Source: Candidatus Thorarchaeota archaeon (lineage in GTDB: Archaea; Asgardarchaeota; Thorarchaeia; Thorarchaeales; Thorarchaeaceae). From it: a DNA stretch of 64,000 bases. Positions 1-9,358 of the stretch are shown one piece after another; positions within the stretch are counted from its first letter, which is position 1, and every line of letters starts with the position of its first letter. A program made the translations under genes and the position numbers. The notes under the pieces were generated by a model. The model was not told the DNA's origin. It worked only from the letters and a program-made list of their open reading frames with translations, and did not search any database. The stretch covers positions 121,348 through 185,347 of the forward strand of contig JAGSHN010000027.1 in assembly GCA_029855935.1 (NCBI GenBank), given 5' to 3'.

Positions 1-741
1 GCCGGGGGAAATCCGCGGCAACTCTACAACAAGCTGACCGCACGAGAGAACCTGCGATACTGGGGACAGCTCCACGGAATGTCCGGGTGGAGGCTCGAGA
101 GGAGGATTGACGAACTGATAGAGCTCATCGGGCTGAAGGACCGTGCGGACGACGTTGTGGAGAAATTCAGCATGGGCATGACTCAGAGAGTCATCCTCGC
201 AAGAGGACTGCTGCACGACCCCGAAGTGCTGCTGCTCGACGAGCCGACAGTTGGACTCGACCCGAAGGCAAGCAGGGAGATGAGGGCCTTTATCCGCCAG
301 AGGCTTGTGGACGAGCGAGAGAAGACCGTAATCCTCACGACTCACGAGATGCACGTTGCCGAGGAGCTATGCGACCGCATCGCAATCATAAACCACGGTC
401 GACTCGTCGCGCTGGGGACACCCGGGGAACTGAGAAGGCAGGTCATCGGAGGGACACGTCTTGAGGTGGACGTAGAGAACCCCGATGACGATCTGATCGA
501 GACGATGCGGGGGATGGGGCTTGAGGTCGTTGGCGAGGTGACGGTCCAGAATGGAACTGAGTTGACACGGTTGACCATCAGGACCGAACGTGAGGAGGAG
601 GCGCTCCAGACCGTGGTGGAAGCAATACTGAAGAGCCCGGCGGCGCGGCTACGCAGGATGACACTGCGAGAACCAACTCTCGAAGATGCCTTTGTATCAC
701 TGACGGACGAGAGCGAAACGGAGGCGGAGGTCAATGCATAG
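1..741 (+). CDS. ABC transporter ATP-binding subunit (DrrA/ABC-2 exporter type), 5'-truncated
   Basis: Frame open from base 1. Signature FSMGMTQR, Walker B LLLDEPTVGLD, H-loop LTTH, C-terminal EPTLEDAF. Confidence 0.93.
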   Translation, partial: AGGNPRQLYNKLTARENLRYWGQLHGMSGWRLERRIDELIELIGLKDRADDVVEKFSMGMTQRVILARGLLHDPEVLLLDEPTVGLDPKASREMRAFIRQRLVDEREKTVILTTHEMHVAEELCDRIAIINHGRLVALGTPGELRRQVIGGTRLEVDVENPDDDLIETMRGMGLEVVGEVTVQNGTELTRLTIRTEREEEALQTVVEAILKSPAARLRRMTLREPTLEDAFVSLTDESETEAEVNA

Positions 742-1546
742 CGCTGTCGAATGGTTCACTGCAATGAGGGGAACTCTTGTCAAGGAGTTGAAAATACAGA
801 AGCGCTATGTGGGCTGGATGGTCGCGAGCCTGATCCAGCCAATAATCTGGATGGTGCTCTTCAAGCTCATAGGAACCGGCTTCGGAATCGGACAGACGGC
901 GTCAGGATACGATTTCACGAGCTACCTGATACTCGGCGTCCTGCTCCTGATGATTCTCTCTCAGTCGCTGTGGGGTGCAGGACTGGCCCTACGCACGGAG
1001 CAGTACAGAGGGACGCTGGAGTCGCTGTTTATGACCCCTGCAAGACTGACGGCCGTGCTCGTGGGATTCGCCCTCTCGGACCTCGTCTTTGCTGGATATC
1101 TACTCGCAGTGGGATACGTGATAGGCACGTTCGTCTTCGGTCTCAGTCTTGTTGTGACCGACCCGGTCGGACTTGCTGTGGCATTCATCGTCACGATCTA
1201 CGGTGTGACAGGGTTTGCGTTCCTCTTCGCTGCAGTGACTCTAGTCATCAAGCAGGCGAACGCACTGGTCAACACACTCCAGCCTGTGCTGTTTATGATC
1301 ACCGGCGTCTTCTTCCCTATCACGGCCCTACCGACAGCACTGCGACAGTTCTCTCTTCTGTTGCCGCTCACCCAGGGATTCCTTGCGATACAAGAGATAA
1401 CGCTAAAGGGCGCGTTGCTCATTGATGTGCTGCCGCTCCTGATTGGCACAATAGTTTCGGGAACGGTGCTCGCATTGATCGGGATAGCATCACTGCGGGC
1501 GACGATCAAGTCTGCGAGGCGAAGAGGACTGCTGGGAGCATTCTGA
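734..1546 (+). CDS. ABC-2 type exporter permease
   Basis: About 6 TM helices, EQYRGTLESLFMTP, GVFFPITALP. Overlaps the ATPase stop. Confidence 0.9.
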   Translation: MHSAVEWFTAMRGTLVKELKIQKRYVGWMVASLIQPIIWMVLFKLIGTGFGIGQTASGYDFTSYLILGVLLLMILSQSLWGAGLALRTEQYRGTLESLFMTPARLTAVLVGFALSDLVFAGYLLAVGYVIGTFVFGLSLVVTDPVGLAVAFIVTIYGVTGFAFLFAAVTLVIKQANALVNTLQPVLFMITGVFFPITALPTALRQFSLLLPLTQGFLAIQEITLKGALLIDVLPLLIGTIVSGTVLALIGIASLRATIKSARRRGLLGAF

Positions 1547-1576
1547 GGGTTCCCTCGCGACAGGGGAAGAGACAGA

Positions 1577-1966
1577 ATGGCATCGGGCGAGAAGGACAAG
1601 CAGGTTCGATTCGGAGAGGCGGAGACGCTGAACGAACTTGCCGATGCTCTGACTCTTCTCGGCAACCTCACAAGACTGAGGATAATAGCGGCGCTCAGCG
1701 AGAGGCCGATGTTCGTGCAAGAGCTGAGCACCCGGCTAAATGTCTCATATCCACTCCTGCATCTGCACCTGAAGAACATGGAGAAGCACGGCCTGGTCAG
1801 GTCAGAGTATAGAGTTGGGACAGACAAGACGAAGAGATACGTCAAACGGTATTTCGAGCTCGTCGACTTCCGAATAGAGGTCACACCTATGAAGATCACG
1901 AGGCTTGCCAGAACAGGCGGAGAGGGGCCCAAGCCATCTGACGAAGAGGAGGTCAAGAGAGAATGA
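1577..1966 (+). CDS. ArsR/SmtB-family winged-helix transcriptional regulator
   Basis: LGNLTRLRIIAALSERPMFVQELSTRLNVSYPLLHLHLKNMEKHGLV. Confidence 0.88.
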   Translation: MASGEKDKQVRFGEAETLNELADALTLLGNLTRLRIIAALSERPMFVQELSTRLNVSYPLLHLHLKNMEKHGLVRSEYRVGTDKTKRYVKRYFELVDFRIEVTPMKITRLARTGGEGPKPSDEEEVKRE

Positions 1967-2280
1967 GTGCTGACAAAGTCTTGAGTGCGCTGGCGATAGC
2001 TTTCTTGGGATTCGGATTGCCGGTCTATTTGGCATACTTGGGGGCTGTCTATCAGCTCAACATCTGGTACGTCGGGATATTCACGTTCCTGTCACTTCTC
2101 GGAGGCGTGACAATCCCATTGGCACTACACGCAATTACAGAGGCGCTTGAGCATCCAGACGAGGACTATGAGGAGCAGCTCGACGATATGGTGAGAGCGT
2201 TCAGAGCGTTGCTGTCGAGGATGGACGATGTGTTGCTCGAACTGAGAGAGATTGATCGGATGTTGAACGTGGAGGGATAG
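1963..2280 (+). CDS. Small membrane protein (2 TM + helical tail)
   Basis: ATGA overlap with the ArsR gene; two hydrophobic segments. Confidence 0.7.
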   Translation: MSADKVLSALAIAFLGFGLPVYLAYLGAVYQLNIWYVGIFTFLSLLGGVTIPLALHAITEALEHPDEDYEEQLDDMVRAFRALLSRMDDVLLELREIDRMLNVEG

Positions 2281-2285
2281 AGGAT

Positions 2286-2417
2286 ATGAGCGAAGACCAA
2301 TACAAGAAGCTGGGTGCGGCAGAACTCATGCGCCTTGCAGAGGAGAAGGTGTCTGAGATGCAGCATCTGGTCAAGTCGATAATTGCGTCGCTGAAGAGGA
2401 TTGGCGGGTTTGAATAG
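2286..2417 (+). CDS. Small helical hypothetical protein, 43 aa (MSEDQYKKLGAAELMRLAEEKVSEMQHLVKSIIASLKRIGGFE)
   Basis: Read manually (below ORF-track cutoff). ATG 5 nt after the previous stop, amphipathic helix, fills the gap to the convergent fdhD-like gene. Confidence 0.6.
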   Translation: MSEDQYKKLGAAELMRLAEEKVSEMQHLVKSIIASLKRIGGFE

Positions 2418-2421
2418 TCCG

Positions 2422-3141
2422 CTACACGAGTCTCACGTTCGCCTCATTATAGACCCATACTCTCTCAGTCCCCACCGAGCCGACGAGCGTGAGACGGCTC
2501 TCGCGGGCAATCCGGATCCCTGTGTCCGTCGCCACGGCCAAGGAGAACACGGCAGCCACTCCTGCCGTGGCGCACTGGGACACGATCTCCGAAGTGAGTC
2601 GGCCTGTGAAGAGTAGCACTGTCCTGTGAAGATTCATTCCAGCAAGCACTGCCGCACCTATCGCCTTCCTCAAGGCATTGGTCCGGCGTATGTCCTCTCT
2701 CACTATGATCTCGCCAGTGTTGAGCGACATCACGAGACAGCCGTGGGCGCAGCCCGTCCTGTTCAGTATCTCTTGAGAGACGCGGAGCTGATGGAGCAGG
2801 TCAGTTACTTTGGCCCACCGCAAGTCGGTCGGACAGGGGGAGCCAGACATCGCCGCTCGACCCTCGTATGCTCTGACACCATCACGTTGGACAGTCACTG
2901 TCGCAAGGTCCTCCGACTCCTCCACCGACACGGCACCAGAGTCGACAGTCATACGCCGCGTCAGCAGGAGCACGCCTGCAGCGAGTTCGGTCAGGTTCGC
3001 AGGTGTTCCCGTTGTCTCCTCGATGATGTCACCGTCGGACCAGACCAGTCTCAGCCTTGCCTCAACGGCAAGTTCCTCAATGACCGCTGACCTCTGACCG
3101 TTGACTACGGATTCCACCTCAGTTCTCCTCGTGACTGGCAT
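2422..3141 (-). CDS. fdhD: FdhD/NarQ-family sulfurtransferase-like protein (divergent)
   Basis: TGCAHG, EDIRRTNA, TGRLTSEIV and LTLVG motifs. Start chosen at MPVTRR. Confidence 0.8.
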   Translation of the reverse strand: MPVTRRTEVESVVNGQRSAVIEELAVEARLRLVWSDGDIIEETTGTPANLTELAAGVLLLTRRMTVDSGAVSVEESEDLATVTVQRDGVRAYEGRAAMSGSPCPTDLRWAKVTDLLHQLRVSQEILNRTGCAHGCLVMSLNTGEIIVREDIRRTNALRKAIGAAVLAGMNLHRTVLLFTGRLTSEIVSQCATAGVAAVFSLAVATDTGIRIARESRLTLVGSVGTERVWVYNEANVRLV

Positions 3142-3204
3142 CCCTACTATCCTCCGTGCCCGATACGCAGGCAGTTCACCCACCGATGCTGCAGCTCTGG
3201 CAAT

Positions 3205-4161
3205 TCAGTCTGGGACGAGCCTCGTTCCTGTTTCGCCATTCAGTGCCCGCGTGATGTTCGGTGGGTCTGTGATGATTGCAAGGTCGCCACCGTGTTCGAT
3301 GAACTGAACACAGGCCTCAATCTTCGGCAGCATGCTCCCTGCGGCAAAGTGACCCTCCTTGACGTATTTGCGGGCCTCGGAGACGGTCATCGAATCAATA
3401 GCCATCTGATTGGGAGTGTTGTAGTGGAGATAGACCTGCTCAACGGCTGTTGAGATTAACAGGACATCCACATCCAGGTCGCTGGCCAGCAGGCTTGACG
3501 CAAAGTCCTTGTCGATTACAGCATAGGTCCCCTCGTACATCCCGTCGTCCCGCCGAATGACGGGAATGCCGCCACCACCGACCGCGTATACGATGATGCC
3601 GCGACTCACGAGCTCCCTGATGGCCTCGAGTTCAAGAATGCGCTTTGGACGGGGTGAGGGAACCACACGGCGCCAGCCGCGACCGGCGTCCTCGACCACA
3701 TGCCATCCGAACTTCTCCCTCTTGCGCAGTGCCTCCTCGCGCGTCATAAACAACCCTATCGGCTTGGTGGGGTTCTGAAACGCAGGGTCTGAGGGGTCGA
3801 CCTCCACGCGAGTGATCACACCAGTCACAGTCCTGTCGACGCCGCGGCGGATGAACTCGTTCTTCAACGCCTGTGCAATCATGTAGCCTATCTGACCCTG
3901 GCTCTGCGCGCCACAGTAGTCCAGCGGCACAGGATGTACCTCGTGCTCAGCGAGCTCCGACCTCCGTAGTATGGCACCGACCTGGGGGCCATTGCCGGAG
4001 GTGATCACAATGTCCCAGCCCTGAAGTATCATGTCTGCAATATGTCGCGCAGTCTCCACGGCAGCCTTGTACTGATCGGGAATGGTCCGATGGCTCTTGT
4101 CGCGCATCAGTGAGTTCCCGCCGATGGCCACTACTCCCGTCTTGGTCGTCGATGAAGCCAC
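3205..4161 (-). CDS. arcC: Carbamate kinase
   Basis: AIGGNSL, SGNGPQVG, NPTKPIG, RRVVPSP, GGGGIPV, VIDKD, GSMLPK. Confidence 0.96.
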   Translation of the reverse strand: MASSTTKTGVVAIGGNSLMRDKSHRTIPDQYKAAVETARHIADMILQGWDIVITSGNGPQVGAILRRSELAEHEVHPVPLDYCGAQSQGQIGYMIAQALKNEFIRRGVDRTVTGVITRVEVDPSDPAFQNPTKPIGLFMTREEALRKREKFGWHVVEDAGRGWRRVVPSPRPKRILELEAIRELVSRGIIVYAVGGGGIPVIRRDDGMYEGTYAVIDKDFASSLLASDLDVDVLLISTAVEQVYLHYNTPNQMAIDSMTVSEARKYVKEGHFAAGSMLPKIEACVQFIEHGGDLAIITDPPNITRALNGETGTRLVPD

Positions 4162-4388
4162 TATATCACCTCAGCAGAGAGGCTTGACCGGGCCAGACGC
4201 ACCTTTTAAGGGGTTCGACAACAGCCACTGGAGTACCAGAGAACGACACACAAGGGCGGACACGACCTCTCATTGCTCTGGCCAGATGCGATACCGTGAG
4301 ATTGAGGCCGTAGGGGGCCAGCACAGCAGCTCTCGAGCCGTGAGGGCACTGGAGAGAAATATCTGGGCGCTGATATCGGGTGTTAACT

Positions 4389-4436
4389 CTATTTAAATCG
4401 CATCTTGAAGCGAGAGAATAAAGAGAATTTATAAAG
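4389..4436. promoter_or_regulatory. AT-rich TATA-like elements (TATTTAAAT, ATTTATAAA) between divergent arcC and metacaspase genes
   Basis: AT-rich boxes in a GC-rich background; the second lies about 50 nt upstream of the TTG at 4486. Confidence 0.5.
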
Positions 4437-4485
4437 GGGGTTTGTAGTCATTGCAGGCGGAGATCTATCTCCGAGGAGAAGGACA

Positions 4486-5589
4486 TTGAAGAAGAAGACA
4501 CTCATAGCAATTGGGTTGCTGTTTGTATTCGCGCTTGCCTTTGCGCTCCCGCAGGCTGCGGCCGTTGTGACTGACGATAATCAGGCAATGGCCCGCAGGG
4601 GTGGGTCCGGAGGTGGCCGACGGAACACCGCTCCGACCGTGACCATAACCTCGCCGGAGGACCTCTCGACAGTGAGCGGTACAATCACCATCACGGCCAC
4701 AGCCACCGATGCACAGGACGGGACTCTCATACCGACCATATACATCGACGGCGTGGCAGTGGCGACTGCGACATCGTATGTGTGGGACACAACTACCGTG
4801 GCCGATGGCACGCACACCATAGACGCCAAGGCCACAGACAGCGGAGGCCTAGTGGGGCAGGACAGCGTGATAGTGACCGTTGACAACGTTGAGGAACCGC
4901 CCCCGCCGCCTGGACAGAACAAGTACGCTGTGATAGTCGGGATATCAGACTACCTTGCGGTCAATGATCTGTCCTACTGCGACGAGGACGCTACTGACTG
5001 GTACAACTACCTATCAGGCCTCGGTTACACTATCAAGCTGTTCGGCGATGGCACCAACTACTATCCCCAGTGGGATGGCTATGCCACTGAGTACAACATC
5101 AAGAACGCTCTGGCAGACTTCATCGCGCTCGCTGACGAGGACGACATCTTAGTCTACGCCAGCTCTGGTCACGGTACCACCTACAGCGGTGGAGAGACTA
5201 TCTGCTGCTGGGACTATGGTGCTGGACAGGATGGTGAGGATGGGTCCTTTACCGACGTAGAGATGGCTGATGTCTTCGCCCCGGCTGTCTGTAACATCTT
5301 CATCTTCCTCGACCACTGCTATAGCGGTGGAATGAATGAGGTGATGTACAACTCGAACTCGGCAAAGATCTACCTCACAACGACCTGCACGGCCACCGGA
5401 TACGGATACGATGAGCCGACCTATCAGAACGGTGCGTGGACCTACTGGTTCCTCGAGGCCGGCCTCGTGGGTCAGGGCTTCACAACGATGGAGGACTGCT
5501 TCGCGTGGGCAGTTGCTCAGTATCCGTACGGCGGCGCGGACACACCGCAAGAGTTTGACGGAAACCCCAGCGTCCCCTTCACTCTCTGA
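4486..5589 (+). CDS. Secreted caspase-family (C14, metacaspase-like) peptidase with Ig-like domain
   Basis: Signal peptide, Ig/Big-like domain (PTVTITSP...DGTHTIDAKATD), poly-Pro linker, YAVIVGISDY, SGHG (His) and DHCYSGG (Cys). Confidence 0.88.
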   Translation: MKKKTLIAIGLLFVFALAFALPQAAAVVTDDNQAMARRGGSGGGRRNTAPTVTITSPEDLSTVSGTITITATATDAQDGTLIPTIYIDGVAVATATSYVWDTTTVADGTHTIDAKATDSGGLVGQDSVIVTVDNVEEPPPPPGQNKYAVIVGISDYLAVNDLSYCDEDATDWYNYLSGLGYTIKLFGDGTNYYPQWDGYATEYNIKNALADFIALADEDDILVYASSGHGTTYSGGETICCWDYGAGQDGEDGSFTDVEMADVFAPAVCNIFIFLDHCYSGGMNEVMYNSNSAKIYLTTTCTATGYGYDEPTYQNGAWTYWFLEAGLVGQGFTTMEDCFAWAVAQYPYGGADTPQEFDGNPSVPFTL

Positions 5590-5801
5590 GATGAGACAGC
5601 TCTCCACCTCTACAATGTAGAGTGGACCGCCAACAGGATGGGACGCCCTCTCGTCCCATCCGCCATCTCCTTCTCCTGGTTTCTGCCAGACCACAACGAC
5701 TAGAGTAGATTCTTGTAGGACCCCGAAAACCAGATAACGTCCGCTGGTAGAGACAGCTGGAAGCGCCACGCTGATTCTCAACGGGCTAGGAGAGCAGTCA
5801 G

Positions 5802-7253
5802 ATGGAGAGGTCCAGAGCGCAAGTCAATCCCTATCTCGTGGTGGCGGCGACAGGCGTGGGAGTCTTCCTCAGTGCCCTCGACTCGTCTATCGTCAACGTG
5901 TCGCTCTGGACAATGGCGAGGGACTTCGGGGTCGGGATGGCCGACATACAGTGGGTGACCGTGGCGTACCTACTGGTGCTGACCTCTCTGATGCCTCTCG
6001 GAGGAAAGATGGGAGACAGAGTGGGAAAGACCCGGATCTTTCAGATGGGTATCGCACTGTTCACTCTCGGCTCACTGTCATGTGCCCTATCGCCGACACT
6101 GGCACAGCTCGTTGCCTCTAGAGTGTTCCAAGCAATCGGCTCAAGTATGATGACGGCCAACGGGCTGGCCCTGGTCACATACTTCACAACGCCTGAGAAT
6201 CGTGGGCGGGCGATGGGACTCAACTCAATCACACTTGCTATCGCTCTTGCAGCAGGACCTGTCCTCGGCGGCATTCTCACGCAGTTCTACGGCTGGCCAA
6301 GCATATTCCTTGTCAATCTCCCGCTCGGCGTGCTGGGCTATCTGCTCGTACGCCACATCGTCCCTCGCACAGAGCCTGTACGAGAGGTCAGCTTTGACGT
6401 GGTCGGCGCCGCTCTCTTCTTCCTCTGCCTGTTCTCACTTGTATACGCTGTCTCTGTGGCGAGAGACGTCGCAGTCGAACAGACCGTACTCTTCGCCGTG
6501 GTCTCGATTGTCTCCTTCGTAGTGCTGCTGATCAGAGAGAGGAGATTCATCTCGCCAATCATCCCCACCCGAGTAATGGCCGACAGGAGAATCTGGACAA
6601 GCATCGTCTCAGCCATTCTCTCCTTCATGGCAATGATACCCATCTCCTTTCTGATGCCCTTTCTGCTGCAGGACGCACTCGGGCTGACACAGGGCGCAAC
6701 CGGACTCTTCCTCACAGTTCACCCGATTGTGATCTCCGTCTTTGGGCCGATTTCAGGGGTTCTATCGGAACGCGTGCAGGCGAGAGTACAGACGGTCATT
6801 GGATTGATCATTCAAGCCGTGGGACTGTGGGCCCTCGCGCTCAGCGTTCCCAATCTTGCCCTGATGGTAGCAAGCATCATCGTGCTGGCGATTGGTCTCT
6901 CACTCTTTACGGTCGCCAATGGCAACTTTGTGATGACGGCCGCACCGAAGGAGTATATGGGTGTCATGAGTGCCCTCACCAACATAGCTCGCACAACTGG
7001 CTTCTCGGTGGCCACGGCCCTTGCCACAACCGTCTTCTCCTTCTACTTTGGATGGTTCAATCCTCTCGGACTGACCAGTGGCACCGAGTACGTGACTGCA
7101 TACGTCGAGGGATACCGGCTGACAGCCTGCTCGTTCTCAGTCTTCCTCATCATCGGTGCTATTGTGTCGTGGCTGCGCGGAAGACTCCATCCATCTGAGG
7201 AGGCAAGGAGCCGTCCGAAGACGAATCTCGGCCTGACGCCCCCGCCCGTTTGA
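5802..7253 (+). CDS. MFS drug:H+ antiporter (DHA2, 14 TM)
   Basis: LDSSIVNVSL, GKMGDRVGK, GPVLGGIL, WPSIFLVNLP. Confidence 0.93.
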   Translation: MERSRAQVNPYLVVAATGVGVFLSALDSSIVNVSLWTMARDFGVGMADIQWVTVAYLLVLTSLMPLGGKMGDRVGKTRIFQMGIALFTLGSLSCALSPTLAQLVASRVFQAIGSSMMTANGLALVTYFTTPENRGRAMGLNSITLAIALAAGPVLGGILTQFYGWPSIFLVNLPLGVLGYLLVRHIVPRTEPVREVSFDVVGAALFFLCLFSLVYAVSVARDVAVEQTVLFAVVSIVSFVVLLIRERRFISPIIPTRVMADRRIWTSIVSAILSFMAMIPISFLMPFLLQDALGLTQGATGLFLTVHPIVISVFGPISGVLSERVQARVQTVIGLIIQAVGLWALALSVPNLALMVASIIVLAIGLSLFTVANGNFVMTAAPKEYMGVMSALTNIARTTGFSVATALATTVFSFYFGWFNPLGLTSGTEYVTAYVEGYRLTACSFSVFLIIGAIVSWLRGRLHPSEEARSRPKTNLGLTPPPV

Positions 7254-7258
7254 CGATC

Positions 7259-8602
7259 TCAGAGGCCAAAGACATCAGCGAGAAACAACACCCTTCTGCG
7301 GAAATCGGGATGGTCAAGGACCAGAATATTCTTTCCAATCTCATTGTCGAAGAGGAGCCCTGAGGGGTCGTTCCTTAGTTCGGCAACGAGTCTGCGGAGT
7401 TCCGACTCGGAGAGCCGTCTGTCGCCGTCAATGTCTGCAGAGCGCCAGTCAATCTTCTTTGGCACACTGGTGTCGGCGACGATGTCGCGCGACCTCCTCC
7501 TCACCAGTTCAACCGCTGCAGGCCGGACCAGTTGCTGAATATCAGAGTCCGTCAGAGGGAGCCCGTATGCGTCGCGGAGCACCTCTAGGCGTCTTCGCAG
7601 GAACAGGTGCGGGGCCTTGACCCTCGCAACCCTGTCGTCCAACTCATCGGGGCCGAGGGCAATGACCATCTCACGGATCTCCCTGTCCGTCAGTGGCATG
7701 ATGCCGCTCTCGTTCAGCGAGTCAAGCCACCTCGCCTCCTCGACAAGGGTGTGCAGTGCCTCAATCCTCTGTCCAAGCCGGAGAAGGGCATTGACTGTGA
7801 CAACCGGACCAAGGAGGGTTGCAGCGTGATAGTCGGCAAGCAGTTCCGCAGCGCGGCTTGCGGCCTGAATCAACGCAGTGCCCACAGTCAGAACGCCACG
7901 CGACAGAATGAAGAACACTAGAAGCGCGGCAGTCCGAGCAATGACCGCCACCGGATCACCTGTGACCAGCAGGGCATCGACCACGCCCAGCAAAAGACGC
8001 GCATAGATGTACAGGTAGACGACCTGGATGAAGAACTCTGGCATCCTTGCGAGGATCTGAACCAGCGTGTCACGGTTCTTGATGTGGGCGGTCTCGTGGG
8101 CAATGACCGCGCGGACCTCAGATGGGTTGAGCAGACTCAGGATGTTGTTGTGAAGCACGACAATATTGCCAATAAGAGGAAGCCCGAAGGTGAACGCATT
8201 TGGAATTGGTGAGTCAAGGAGATAGATTCTGTCGACACTCACATCCGACTGCTTGGCAAGGTCAAGTGTCCACTGCACGACGCTGTCTCGACTGTGCCGG
8301 CATGTCCATCCCTGCGGGGGAGGAGAGGAGGGCCATATCTCCACCACCCCCTGACGATGCGTCATTGATAGAGCCATATAGTAGAGCAGCATCACTTGAA
8401 CAAGGACAATCCCGACGAACAGTCCGCCAGAGACCACTGGGCTGGTCCTTGACGGATCGAACCCGATGATGAAGAGCGAGGATGAGTCCAGCGTCAGGAC
8501 GGATACGAAGGCAATCTGGAAAAGGTCGACAATCACGAAGAGAATCAAGAACTGCCACTTGCGGCGTTCCACCTCTCTGACAGGGGCCGGCTGCGTGCTC
8601 AT
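7259..8602 (-). CDS. M48 (HtpX/Ste24-like) membrane zinc metalloprotease with EF-hand-like insertion
   Basis: PNAF, HETAH, ELLAD, C-terminal HP; DIDGDRRLSESE loop. Start uncertain (8602-8668). Confidence 0.85.
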   Translation of the reverse strand: MSTQPAPVREVERRKWQFLILFVIVDLFQIAFVSVLTLDSSSLFIIGFDPSRTSPVVSGGLFVGIVLVQVMLLYYMALSMTHRQGVVEIWPSSPPPQGWTCRHSRDSVVQWTLDLAKQSDVSVDRIYLLDSPIPNAFTFGLPLIGNIVVLHNNILSLLNPSEVRAVIAHETAHIKNRDTLVQILARMPEFFIQVVYLYIYARLLLGVVDALLVTGDPVAVIARTAALLVFFILSRGVLTVGTALIQAASRAAELLADYHAATLLGPVVTVNALLRLGQRIEALHTLVEEARWLDSLNESGIMPLTDREIREMVIALGPDELDDRVARVKAPHLFLRRRLEVLRDAYGLPLTDSDIQQLVRPAAVELVRRRSRDIVADTSVPKKIDWRSADIDGDRRLSESELRRLVAELRNDPSGLLFDNEIGKNILVLDHPDFRRRVLFLADVFGL

Positions 8603-8717
8603 CGTTCTCACGTTGTCTGCCGGGGGGAGCATTTTACTGTATCTGAAGGGGCGGCGGCCATAGCCCAATCCTCATATAGGCCACCCACGGAGGAGGTCCA
8701 GCAAAGGAGTTGATACA

Positions 8718-9212
8718 ATGACACGACTCACAGGTGTGAACCTCGACGATATTAGGTCTCGGACAAAGACCGTAGGTGAGTACTTGGACAGCATTCAGGG
8801 AAAGGACAAGGACGCCATGCTCAGGATCTACGAGCACTACAGGCCCAAGGAGGACGTTGTCGATCGCCTACGGAGGCACGTGAACGACATAGTCATAGTC
8901 GTCTTTAGTGCAGCATGGTGCAAGGACTGCAAGAACGCCCTGCCGGTGCTAAGGCACCTAGAGGAGCGGATTGGCTTGAACGTGAGAGTCTTCGGGGGAA
9001 TCAAGACAGCACCACTCGACCCGAACCACCAGTGGCGAATACCGCCCTCTCCGCCCGAGATGGAGGAATGGGAGATAACACACATCCCCTGGATAGTCAT
9101 ATTTGACCTGGAGGGCAACGAAATAGGAACAGTCATCGAGAAGCCGACGGTCACGGCGAGCCTCGAAGAGGAGATACTGTATCACCTGGAGCGCCCGAAG
9201 ACCGATAGCTAG
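8718..9212 (+). CDS. Thioredoxin-fold protein
   Basis: WCKDC CxxC motif, cis-Pro motif HIP. Confidence 0.85.
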   Translation: MTRLTGVNLDDIRSRTKTVGEYLDSIQGKDKDAMLRIYEHYRPKEDVVDRLRRHVNDIVIVVFSAAWCKDCKNALPVLRHLEERIGLNVRVFGGIKTAPLDPNHQWRIPPSPPEMEEWEITHIPWIVIFDLEGNEIGTVIEKPTVTASLEEEILYHLERPKTDS

Positions 9213-9358
9213 AATGGCGCTCGATGCGGTCCACGATTGTCACTCCGGTAGCAGATTCTGAGCCCCCCGACCACACGAAGATGGAGCACTGCAACCCTTC
9301 AAAAGATAGATAACGGACCATCCTATACGAAGTGTAGTCATCCGAGGAGATATGCACA

